From Candidatus Aegiribacteria sp. (GTDB lineage Bacteria; Fermentibacterota; Fermentibacteria; Fermentibacterales; JCC-6), in contig JAWOBF010000041.1 of the NCBI GenBank assembly GCA_046498225.1, positions 1 to 11,323 on the forward strand: a stretch of DNA of 11,323 bases, given 5' to 3'. Numbering within the stretch: the stretch's first letter is position 1; each line of letters opens with the position of its first letter. Below, piece by piece: positions 1-7,149 of the stretch. The translations under genes were made by a program, and so were the position numbers. The notes under the pieces were generated by a model. The model was not told the origin of the DNA. It was given only the letters and a program-made list of their open reading frames with translations, and did no database searches.

Positions 1-184
1 CAGCACTTCAGGGAGCACGGACTCCCCTACGGCCTACAGGATTCTCTGTCTACGCTTCGGCCATCTTGTTCGTCATCTCTCGATGACTCCGCCATGGACG
101 CAAGACTCGATACGGGCGGGTGGCCAAACCTTACCCGACGGGGACTCTCACCCCGTAAGATATGCCGAGCTTTTCCCGGCGCGC
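1..184 (-). ncRNA. Group II intron, 5' part (domain I); continues beyond the window edge
   Basis: Minus strand reads GCGCGCCGGGAAAAGCTCGGCATATCTTACGGGGTGAGAGTCCCCGTCGGGTAAGG...CCCGTATCGAGTCTTGCG...GAAGCGTAGACAGAGAATCCTGTAGGCCGTAGGGGAG. The start is GUGYG-like (GCGCG) and the GGGGTGARAGTCCC stem-loop is typical of domain I. From memory it resembles bacterial class E/C-type introns. No RT ORF or domain V lies inside the window. Confidence 0.82.
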
Positions 185-560
185 TAGGAAACTTGATTTC
201 ACACCTTCCATGAATTGCTCCTTGACCAAGCCTCAAGGCCGCATTTTCACCGGTTTCCACCAATCTCGGTGCTTGATCGCAGAATACCGGGGCAGAACCG
301 TCCGGTCAAGCAGGGATGAAGCCCTGAACTGACGCAAAACTATGCTACGAAGATATACCCGCCCCATGAGATCAGGAGCTCATTCACCCAACCTCTGTTT
401 CCGGAACGTTGTCCTGCCATGGAACGTAATCCGCATTGGGTTCACAGATTATCTCCAGCGGCTGCGGTGGCGGTCTTGGGTTTTCCCAGAGATCAAGGTG
501 CTTCAGAATCCGCTTAATGACAGAGGGCTGCTCTATGATGGAAACAACCTTTTCTTCAAC
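185..560 (-). mobile_element. IS91-family (rolling-circle) element remnant: transposase 3' end plus oriIS-like end
   Basis: A transposase-like tail is followed about 200 bp downstream by GAAATCAAGTTTCCTA (200-185, minus). This resembles the IS91/IS801/IS1294 oriIS motif AAATTCCTAT. The right boundary is approximate. Confidence 0.7.
384..560 (-). pseudogene. IS91-family transposase C-terminal fragment
   Basis: KVVSIIEQPSVIKRILKHLDLWENPRPPP matches the typical IS91/ISCR tail (..I..I.....I.+IL.HL.L....R.PP). The upstream CPxCG and HUH/Y2 core are absent. Confidence 0.75.
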
Positions 561-1038
561 ACCGGTCGTACACAGGCTGGTAAAGAGAGACATGAACGAA
601 GACGGCACTGTCACTGTAGTTACCGAACGCGACCGCAGCGGACCGGACCCTCCGCGGACTCTTGACCCGAAAGGAGAACTGCTCAGGGTAGTTGGTGTTC
701 TTAGAAGGGGAAAGTGGAATGAGCCGAAAAGACCTTTCAGTACCTTACTGAGAAGGATTCCAGGGCGGTTCGTAACGGTTCACTGCAGAATCATTCGAAG
801 AATATGCTGGTGAACATCAGTGATAAAGTCCCGAAAATTCTTCCGGCTTTCAACCCCTCGACTGACACTGTTCCAGCTCCTTCTATTCTCAGCCTTTCTC
901 AACAGACCTGGTTGTTTATCCGGTTCTGTCGTTTCTATGTCTTATCGCAGAATGCAAGAGCGTATTCAACCGGTGGATGGGATGGAGCCTGGTAAGGACC
1001 CCCCGCGCAGTTGGCTGGAGGTCTTTCGCGGCTCAGGC

Positions 1039-1067
1039 TGGACTGGTATGTCTTGAAGCTGTATAAT
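1039..1067 (+). promoter_or_regulatory. Putative sigma70 promoter of paralog 1
   Basis: TGGACT-17 bp-TATAAT, at the homologous position of the stronger promoter in copy 2. Confidence 0.6.
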
Positions 1068-1201
1068 GAACTTCAGTTCTGATTGAACCGGACAGGGTTG
1101 CATGCACTTAAACAGGATTTCTGAGCGACTGCGCAGGACTCCAAATGGTCTCGGCACCAGGTATGCATCTACCGGGACAAAACCAGAAAAGGGGTAACGA
1201 G

Positions 1202-2104
1202 ATGACGGTGATACTGTGTTTGATGCTGACTCTGACAGCCGTGGAGGACGGAAACTACTCTCATGATGGGCCCGGTGAGGAAATGCCGCCGAATCCAGCC
1301 ACAGCCCAGTATTCGGTGGTGGAGGTTGACAGATGGTCGATCCCCGCAGGCAGTCAGGCTCTGGGGCTTGATTACATGGATTACTGGTATACCAATCACA
1401 CTGTCGGGTACGTCAGCAACAATGATGACCTGATCTACTGGATGGGCGCAAACTTCGGCGACTCCACCGGTTATCCCTGGGAAAAGGACCCCAATAACTC
1501 ATTCGCCTTTGGTTTTGCGCGTGTACTGGTGCGTGGCGGTGACGACGATATCCATGTGAATGACTACATCTACGACGGTATCTTCTACAAGGCATGGAAC
1601 ACATACTGGGACGAGTACAATTCCCTTACCGACTTGATGGGCAGAGGGATGGCCTACCACCAGTCCGAGGAGAAGATATTCGAACTCTATACCTTCAATA
1701 CACCCGGGGACTATTCCTGGTACGTGGCCATGTATACTCCCGGATCCGCCTCAGGCCTTACATACGAGATCGACTGTAATCTCGGTTCCGACTGGATGGC
1801 CTCCGGACTTGCCCTGTACTCCATGATCGGGGGGGGGACGGGCATTGCCGTAACCATGTACAATTCCAGCTGGATACGGTTCTTCGACTACCCGGGCAGC
1901 CCGGGCCAGGTATACTACGGCTACTGCGTACTGCCCTACTCGGCCGAAATGGCTTCCAGCTACGGCCTGGCATACGCCTATGACCTGGACTGTTTCTACC
2001 ACAGCTGGAGGGATGCTGCCAGCAACCACTACATCTCCCGTCTCGAGGTTTCCCAGGTAGCTCTTGACCGGTCCACTTGGGGCAGGATCAAGTCCAGCTT
2101 CTAG
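1202..2104 (+). CDS. Secreted/surface hypothetical protein with C-terminal TWGxIK motif (paralog 1)
   Basis: ORF 1145-2104. The likely start is ATG 1202, after the RBS-like AAAAGGGG. It has a short hydrophobic signal-like N-terminus (MTVILCLMLTLTA), a Tyr/Trp/Gly-rich beta-type body with recurring GL/GF/GM-A-Y motifs (propeller-like, inferred), and ends STWGRIKSSF. Confidence 0.88.
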   Translation: MTVILCLMLTLTAVEDGNYSHDGPGEEMPPNPATAQYSVVEVDRWSIPAGSQALGLDYMDYWYTNHTVGYVSNNDDLIYWMGANFGDSTGYPWEKDPNNSFAFGFARVLVRGGDDDIHVNDYIYDGIFYKAWNTYWDEYNSLTDLMGRGMAYHQSEEKIFELYTFNTPGDYSWYVAMYTPGSASGLTYEIDCNLGSDWMASGLALYSMIGGGTGIAVTMYNSSWIRFFDYPGSPGQVYYGYCVLPYSAEMASSYGLAYAYDLDCFYHSWRDAASNHYISRLEVSQVALDRSTWGRIKSSF

Positions 2105-2321
2105 AAGAGGTCGTTGAGCTTCGGTACAGTGCTTACATTTTTGCTGCACGGTCGGACAGGTTACGGCTTCCAGCCTACACCGGAGCGCGTGCTTCCCCCG
2201 CTGGGATTGGGATATCCTGCTCACCCGACATGGCCTGATCCCGGGGGGAGCATGTACCGTCGACGGACAGGCGGGCAATTCCGGTACATGATATCCCCTT
2301 TCGATGAAGCGAAAAAATCCA

Positions 2322-2384
2322 TTCACACAAAAGTCAGCCGTATTATGTGTGAAATATCACATAACTCGTACGAATTATGTGTGA
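2322..2384. promoter_or_regulatory. Cluster of operator-like inverted/direct repeats
   Basis: TTCACACA(2322-2329)...TGTGTGAA(2346-2353); CACATAA-c-TCGTACGA-a-TTATGTG (2358-2381); ATTATGTGTGA occurs twice (2342, 2374). Confidence 0.55.
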
Positions 2385-2441
2385 TCGAGAACGAAATGCT
2401 ATGGATTTGAAGGCGCGAGTCATTGTTGAAGGTACAAGTCA

Positions 2442-2565
2442 ATGCTTTCGGAATTATTCAGGTTCAGGGATATGATCATGTACTCGCACGGAGATAAACT
2501 GCAATACCTGAATGGGATCATTCCAGCCCTTGCGGTGGAAATGGAGCAGGAAGTCTTGAAAAGCT
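2442..2565 (+). pseudogene. Possible degenerate HEPN-domain (MNT-HEPN toxin-like) fragment
   Basis: MLSELFRFRDMIMYSHGDKL resembles the HEPN C-terminal L.E...FR(H/N)...H.YG..L motif with the catalytic residues decayed. Weak similarity by eye only. Confidence 0.3.
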
Positions 2566-2710
2566 CTGGTACCACAGGACGACGCTCCTTCCCGCCGCGA
2601 ACTGCATTATTGAGCTTGCCTGCGGCAGGGAGATCATGGCCGGTGATGATGAGATAGAACTTGGCATGGACCCCCTGCGCAGTTGGATGAAGGGTTTTCT
2701 CGGCTCGTGC

Positions 2711-2739
2711 TTGACCGGTATGCCCTGGACCTGTATAAT
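2711..2739 (+). promoter_or_regulatory. Putative sigma70 promoter of paralog 2
   Basis: TTGACC-17 bp-TATAAT, near consensus. Confidence 0.75.
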
Positions 2740-2873
2740 GAATTTCAGTTCTGATTGAACCGGACGGGGTTGCATGCACTGAAGCAGGATTTCTGAGCAA
2801 TTGCGAGGGACTCTAAGAAGTCTCGGCAGGCGGGATGCAGGCACCGGGACAAAACCAGAAAAGGGGTAACGAG

Positions 2874-3779
2874 ATGACAGTGATACTGTGTTTATTGCTG
2901 ACACTGACAGCAGTGGAGGACGGAAACTACTCTCATGATGGGCCCGGTGAGGAAATGCCGCCGAATCCAGCCACAGCCCAGTATTCGGTGGTGGAACTTG
3001 ACAGATGGTCGATCCCCGCAGGCAGTCAGGCCCTGGGGCTTGATTACATGGATTACTGGTATACCAGTCACACTGTCGGGTACGTCAGTAACAGTGATGA
3101 CATGATCTACTGGATGAACGGAACCACCGGCAGCTTGACCGGCATTAGCTGGGAAAAGGACCCCAATAACCCATCCGCCTTTGGTTTTGCGCGTGTACTG
3201 GTGCCCGGCGGTGACGATGAAATCCATGTGAATGACTTCACAACCATCGATCTCTACTACAAGGCATTTAACACATACTGGGACGAGTACGCTTCCCTTA
3301 CCGGCATTGATGGCCGGGGGATGGCCTATCACCAGTCCGAGGATAAAATGTTGGAACTCAGTACTACCCAAGACCCCGGGAACTATTCCTGGGCCGTGGC
3401 CAAGTATACTCCCGGAAGCTCCTCGGGCTTTTTCTACACCATCGACTGTAATATCGGTTCCGACTGGGTGGCCTCCGGACTTGCCCTGTACTCCATGTTC
3501 GGGGGAGAGATGGGCATGGCCGTAACCATGTACCAGTCCAGCTGGATACGGTTTTTCGAGTATCCCCCCACCATGCCGGACATGGTATACTACGGCTACT
3601 GCGTACTGCCCTACTCGGCCGAAATGGCTTCCAGCTACGGCCTGGCATACGCCTATGACCTGGACTGTTTCTACCACAGCTGGAGGGATGCTGCCAGCAA
3701 CCACTACATCTCCCGTCTCGAGGTTTCTCAGGTAGCTCTTGACCGTTCCACCTGGGGGGCCATCAAGTCCAGCTTCTAG
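2874..3779 (+). CDS. Secreted/surface hypothetical protein with C-terminal TWGxIK motif (paralog 2)
   Basis: ORF 2835-3779. The likely start is ATG 2874, after the same RBS as paralog 1. It has a signal-like N-terminus, ends STWGAIKSSF, and is one codon longer than paralog 1. Confidence 0.88.
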   Translation: MTVILCLLLTLTAVEDGNYSHDGPGEEMPPNPATAQYSVVELDRWSIPAGSQALGLDYMDYWYTSHTVGYVSNSDDMIYWMNGTTGSLTGISWEKDPNNPSAFGFARVLVPGGDDEIHVNDFTTIDLYYKAFNTYWDEYASLTGIDGRGMAYHQSEDKMLELSTTQDPGNYSWAVAKYTPGSSSGFFYTIDCNIGSDWVASGLALYSMFGGEMGMAVTMYQSSWIRFFEYPPTMPDMVYYGYCVLPYSAEMASSYGLAYAYDLDCFYHSWRDAASNHYISRLEVSQVALDRSTWGAIKSSF

Positions 3780-3956
3780 AAGAGGTGGTTGAACTCAGGC
3801 GGAGTATTCTTACGTCCCGGTAATCATGTCTTCGGACAACACCGCCATTGTGAGAGGATATCTGGTATAGGTCATACTCGGTAAAACCTTCAACTCAGTC
3901 CCGGGTCTCTCAGCATCTTCTGAAGGGCTGCGGTCCCGTGAGTGAAGGAATCTCTC

Positions 3957-5189
3957 TCAGTACTCCCAGTCTATTCTCGGGACCGGAAGTCTGATCAGCC
4001 TGTCCAGCCTCTCTATCAGAGACTCCGGCGCACAGAGGTCGTCGGTGACCCTCAGGCCGGAAGCGGGTCTTACCCCCATCCACATCCTGGAGAAGGCTCC
4101 CACTGAGGCTTCCATGAGGGGCAACGAGCGGTGGTGCCCCTTCTCCGCTGATGATTCCGGTCCGAGTGTTACCACGTAGTCACCGGCTATTCCTCTCCAC
4201 GGAGCATCCTCATCCAGATATTTCTCTATCGGGTCCCTCAGCCTCAGGTTGAAGGCGACGGGTTCTCCATCAAGGCTGGTCCTGGCCATGCAGGCCCGGA
4301 GGTCGCAGATTCGCACCTGCCAGTAGGCCATGGCCCGGCTGAAGGCTTCGTAGCTGGATCTCTTCGTCTTCCTCTGGCTTCTGAAAGGTGTCCTGATGAA
4401 GTCCTGAAGCTGGACCGCCTGGGGTTCACCCATCTTAACGAGATGCACCTGGTCGCCGAGGTTCCTGATAAGAGCCAGCAGCTCCAGGAGCTGGAAGTAA
4501 TTCCTGTAGGCCATCCAGTGTATGGTGTAGGGGCCGTGCTCGCCCTTTGCCGTGCCGCACCAGAAATGATGGGAGAGAAGCTCCCCCTCCCTGTCCATGT
4601 AGCCGAGGCCGAAGCCTCCCGTGCTCCAGAGCATCTCGCCCCTTGTTACCTCCGGGCGCCGAAGTGTGGTGTTGCCGTGCACCAGCAGCCTTCTCTGCCT
4701 CGACCTGTGGACCAGTTCCCAGTCGTCGGCGGTGAGGTGTACCGGAGGAGGAGGGTCGATCCCCAGGTCCAGGTTTGCCGGGTCGAAACCGATGAATATC
4801 TCGTACGGTCCGGTACCGAAACCGAGCTTGTCGTAATAGCCCTGATCGAAAATGCCCAGACCCGCCATCTTCGCGCCTTCAGCGGCGTCCATGGCTATCA
4901 GCTCCGCCGTGAGCCTCCCGGCAAGCCCTCTTCTCCTGGCGGAATAGCCGGTGGTCACGCCGCAGACTGCGCACAGAGGAACATCACTGTCAAGATATCT
5001 CACCGAGCCGGGAGTGGAGTTGACCAGGGCCTCTACCCTGCCGTTCTGCTCACCAACCAGTACACGGCATCCCTGAAGAAAGACTTCCATCGCCTTCTCC
5101 CAGGACTTCTCCTGCATCCAGCCCACCTGACTCCATACTCGAACGCAGGATTCAAAGTCCTTCTCTGGATCGTATTCCCTGTGTATCAT
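3957..5189 (-). CDS. Eis-like GNAT family N-acetyltransferase
   Basis: 410 aa. It carries the acetyl-CoA motif VCGVTTGYSARRRGLAGRL and GYYDKLGF, and an SCP2-like C-terminal segment (LRLRDP...YVVTLG...AFSRMWMG). Confidence 0.85.
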   Translation of the reverse strand: MIHREYDPEKDFESCVRVWSQVGWMQEKSWEKAMEVFLQGCRVLVGEQNGRVEALVNSTPGSVRYLDSDVPLCAVCGVTTGYSARRRGLAGRLTAELIAMDAAEGAKMAGLGIFDQGYYDKLGFGTGPYEIFIGFDPANLDLGIDPPPPVHLTADDWELVHRSRQRRLLVHGNTTLRRPEVTRGEMLWSTGGFGLGYMDREGELLSHHFWCGTAKGEHGPYTIHWMAYRNYFQLLELLALIRNLGDQVHLVKMGEPQAVQLQDFIRTPFRSQRKTKRSSYEAFSRAMAYWQVRICDLRACMARTSLDGEPVAFNLRLRDPIEKYLDEDAPWRGIAGDYVVTLGPESSAEKGHHRSLPLMEASVGAFSRMWMGVRPASGLRVTDDLCAPESLIERLDRLIRLPVPRIDWEY

Positions 5190-5399
5190 GCCGGAAGACC
5201 TCCCCGAACTCGTTTTCCTCTATAGGTACGTTCCGCACCCGTATTCGGAATATACGCTTAAAATTATGAATGCAACGGGCAGAACAATTCAGAACGGGGA
5301 AGGCCCGAACTCCTGTTCATCGCCGTAAACCCGCCGGAGGACCTCCAGGCCCGCGAAGCCGCGACCCACTGACAGGGAGTCAGGCCGCGCCGATCGGCG

Positions 5400-6020
5400 C
5401 TATTCAGAAGCTGCCGGGGAGGTTCGGCTGTAGAGTGCCTCGAGCAGGTCCGTGAGCTTCCTGCCGTACTGTCCGTCGGCCGCCCAGGTGCCGGAAAGAC
5501 CCGCCACGTCAGGCGACATTCCCCTGGGGTCTACGAAATGGAACCTGGGATCCACGCACTCCCCAACGAGAGGCTCTGTGGAGCCGTACGCCTTCAGATG
5601 CTGAACATGGGCCCGAACGCCTGTCCCGGCGTCGGGGAAGGTGTGCCCCCTGCTGTCCGGCCCGGTGGCCCCCAGCCCGCAGAAATTGTTCATTCCCTCC
5701 GTGACCAGACCGCCGAAACGCAGGAATCCCGTCTCCAGGCACATCTGAACGAAGGCCACATCCCAGTTGACTCCCTCGATGGCGCATTCCTCGAGATAGA
5801 GCGAAGCCAGCATGCGGACCCTTGATTGGTCCGCCTCCGGATTGCTCTCCATGAAAAAGGACACAAGCTGCTCCAGGCCGGCGCGGCCCTCGCCCATTAT
5901 CATCGGCGCTCCGACGCTGACCGTCTCTCCGGTGAACGGATAGACCTCCATGGTCCGGGCCGAAAGTTCACCGACCGACGCGACCGTACACAGCAGTGCC
6001 AACCTCAGCAGGTATGTCAT
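5400..6020 (-). CDS. Secreted glucosaminidase-domain (GH73-like) peptidoglycan hydrolase
   Basis: Signal-like N-terminus. The motifs EGVNWDVAFVQMCLETGFLRFGG, NNFCGLGA, GVRAHVQHLKAY and LSGTWAAD.QYG are typical of the Glucosaminidase family. Confidence 0.88.
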   Translation of the reverse strand: MTYLLRLALLCTVASVGELSARTMEVYPFTGETVSVGAPMIMGEGRAGLEQLVSFFMESNPEADQSRVRMLASLYLEECAIEGVNWDVAFVQMCLETGFLRFGGLVTEGMNNFCGLGATGPDSRGHTFPDAGTGVRAHVQHLKAYGSTEPLVGECVDPRFHFVDPRGMSPDVAGLSGTWAADGQYGRKLTDLLEALYSRTSPAASE

Positions 6021-6181
6021 TTCAGTTGCGCTATTTCAGTCGCGGGGATTGTAGCTCCTCCTCCCTCATCTCCTCCGCCGGACCCCGGTGCGGCAGCAGC
6101 CCACTGCAGGCGCTGTTCCCCGGTCACGGGACAGCGGCCGCATATACGGCGGACCTTCTCAACTTTGAATTGCACGGATTG

Positions 6182-6210
6182 AGGATAATTCACTCAGTAT
6201 TTCGTGTCAA
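6182..6210 (-). promoter_or_regulatory. Putative sigma70 promoter for the glucosaminidase gene
   Basis: Minus strand TTGACA(6210-6205)-17 bp-TATCCT(6187-6182). The -35 is half of the palindrome TGTCAA-tt-TTGACA (6205-6218). Confidence 0.6.
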
Positions 6211-6523
6211 TTTTGACAGGTATCTGACCCGCAATCGCTTATACCGCCGAAGGCCAAAGCCGAAGGAACAGGGGCACGAGCTGTATCGAGGAATTCCATT
6301 AAATGCCTTGAGGCCGTGTCATGCTCCCACGCCGGCAGGCGGGGCCGCCCCGGCGGAAGCGCGAACTCTCTCTGGAAAACACATTTTCCGCAACTCATTC
6401 TGTACAATAATCCGGGTTGACAGTATTGTTCAGCCGGAGCGGTTGCCGTTCCCGGATCTGAGCGGAACCGCGGGATGTTCCGGCAGAAGACGCTCACCCA
6501 ATGATGAAATGAGATGACAGGAT

Positions 6524-7064
6524 ATGGACAATGTTAAGGAGCCGATACGGGAACTGACCGGCAGGATCGAAGCCCTGGAGAAGGCCGCTCCTCTGGACAA
6601 GCTTTCCATGATAGTCTTCTCCGGGTCCCTGGACAAGATGATAGCCGCTTTCATAATCGCCACGGGCGCCGCCGCAATGGGCTCGGAGGTCTCCATGTTC
6701 TTCACTTTCTGGGGGACCGCCGCCCTTCGAAAAAAAGGCCAGGGTAAAGAAGGACTTCATTTCCAGGATGTTCGGTTTCATGCTTCCCACCGGTTTCGGC
6801 CAGCTGAAGCTGTCAAAGATGAACATGGCCGGGGCGGGCACCGCCATGATGAAGTCCCTCATGAAAAAGAAGAAGACCGTGAGCCTGCCTGAGCTTCTGT
6901 CCACGGCCGAGCAGCTGGGCGTCAGGATATTCATATGCGAGATGTCCATGGACCTTATGGGTATAACCCGCGAGGAGATAGTGGACTACGCTCACATCGG
7001 CTACTGCGGTGTTGCCGGGTTCCTGTCGGAGTCCCACGAGAGCAGCCAGACGCTTTTCATCTGA
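6524..7064 (+). pseudogene. DsrE/DsrF/DrsH-like (DrsE_2) protein, frameshifted near an A7 tract
   Basis: The N-half (LSMIVFSGSLDKMIAAFIIATGAAAMGSEVSMFFTFWG) is in ORF 6524-6892. The C-half (LSKMNMAGAG...ICEMSMDLMGITREE...GVAGFL) is in ORF 6768-7064, in the +1 frame. Removing one A from 6730-6736 gives a continuous ALRKKARVKKDFISRMFGFM. Confidence 0.88.
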
Positions 7065-7088
7065 CAGAGGAAGCAACAGGGGACAGTA

Positions 7089-7140
7089 TTGACCCATTTC
7101 GTATTCTTTGTATAGTATGTCCAGGATTGGTGGACATACT
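7089..7140 (+). promoter_or_regulatory. abiE promoter with overlapping inverted-repeat operator
   Basis: TTGACC(7089)-16 bp-TATAGT(7111). A perfect 10-bp inverted repeat, AGTATGTCCA-7 nt-TGGACATACT (7114-7140), overlaps the -10 and the start region. Confidence 0.7.
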
Positions 7141-7149
7141 GGTAAGAAA

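Larger units (their letters stand above)
970..2120 (+). repeat. Tandem duplication unit 1 (promoter + leader + CDS)
   Basis: Aligns with ~2640-3795 (offset 1672-1675 within the CDS). 1241-1323 and 1909-2052 are identical to the second copy. Unit boundaries are approximate. Confidence 0.92.
2640..3795 (+). repeat. Tandem duplication unit 2 (promoter + leader + CDS)
   Basis: Homologous to ~970-2120, including the upstream non-coding region and TAGAAGAGGT at the stop codon. Confidence 0.92.

Noticed and set aside
27..263. 78-aa minus-strand ORF as a gene
   Set aside because: It crosses the IS end/intron junction and is a chance translation of structured intron RNA.
436..1056. Short ORFs 436-813, 804-995 and 820-1056
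   Set aside because: No recognisable motifs, and they overlap each other and the IS remnant or promoter. Probably decayed or non-coding sequence.
2191..2251. GCTTCCCCCG...CGGGGGGAGC stem as a terminator or ncRNA
   Set aside because: The enclosed region is long and poorly paired, there is no U-tract, and it is not conserved after paralog 2.
2892..3704. Long antisense ORFs (also 1751-2326, 4443-5225, 10087-10911)
   Set aside because: Shadow frames opposite well-supported genes in GC-rich DNA.
1202..3779. Paralog pair as a DGR template/variable repeat pair
   Set aside because: Neither copy has adenine at all differing sites (e.g. TCC/TTG, CGT/CCC, TGG/TTT). There are third-position changes and an indel, both copies are full genes, and no DGR RT is present in the window.
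6230..6510. Riboswitch upstream of the DsrE-like gene
   Set aside because: Only scattered short hairpins (e.g. GGAAAA-caca-TTTTCC); no SAM, cobalamin or Moco consensus is recognisable.
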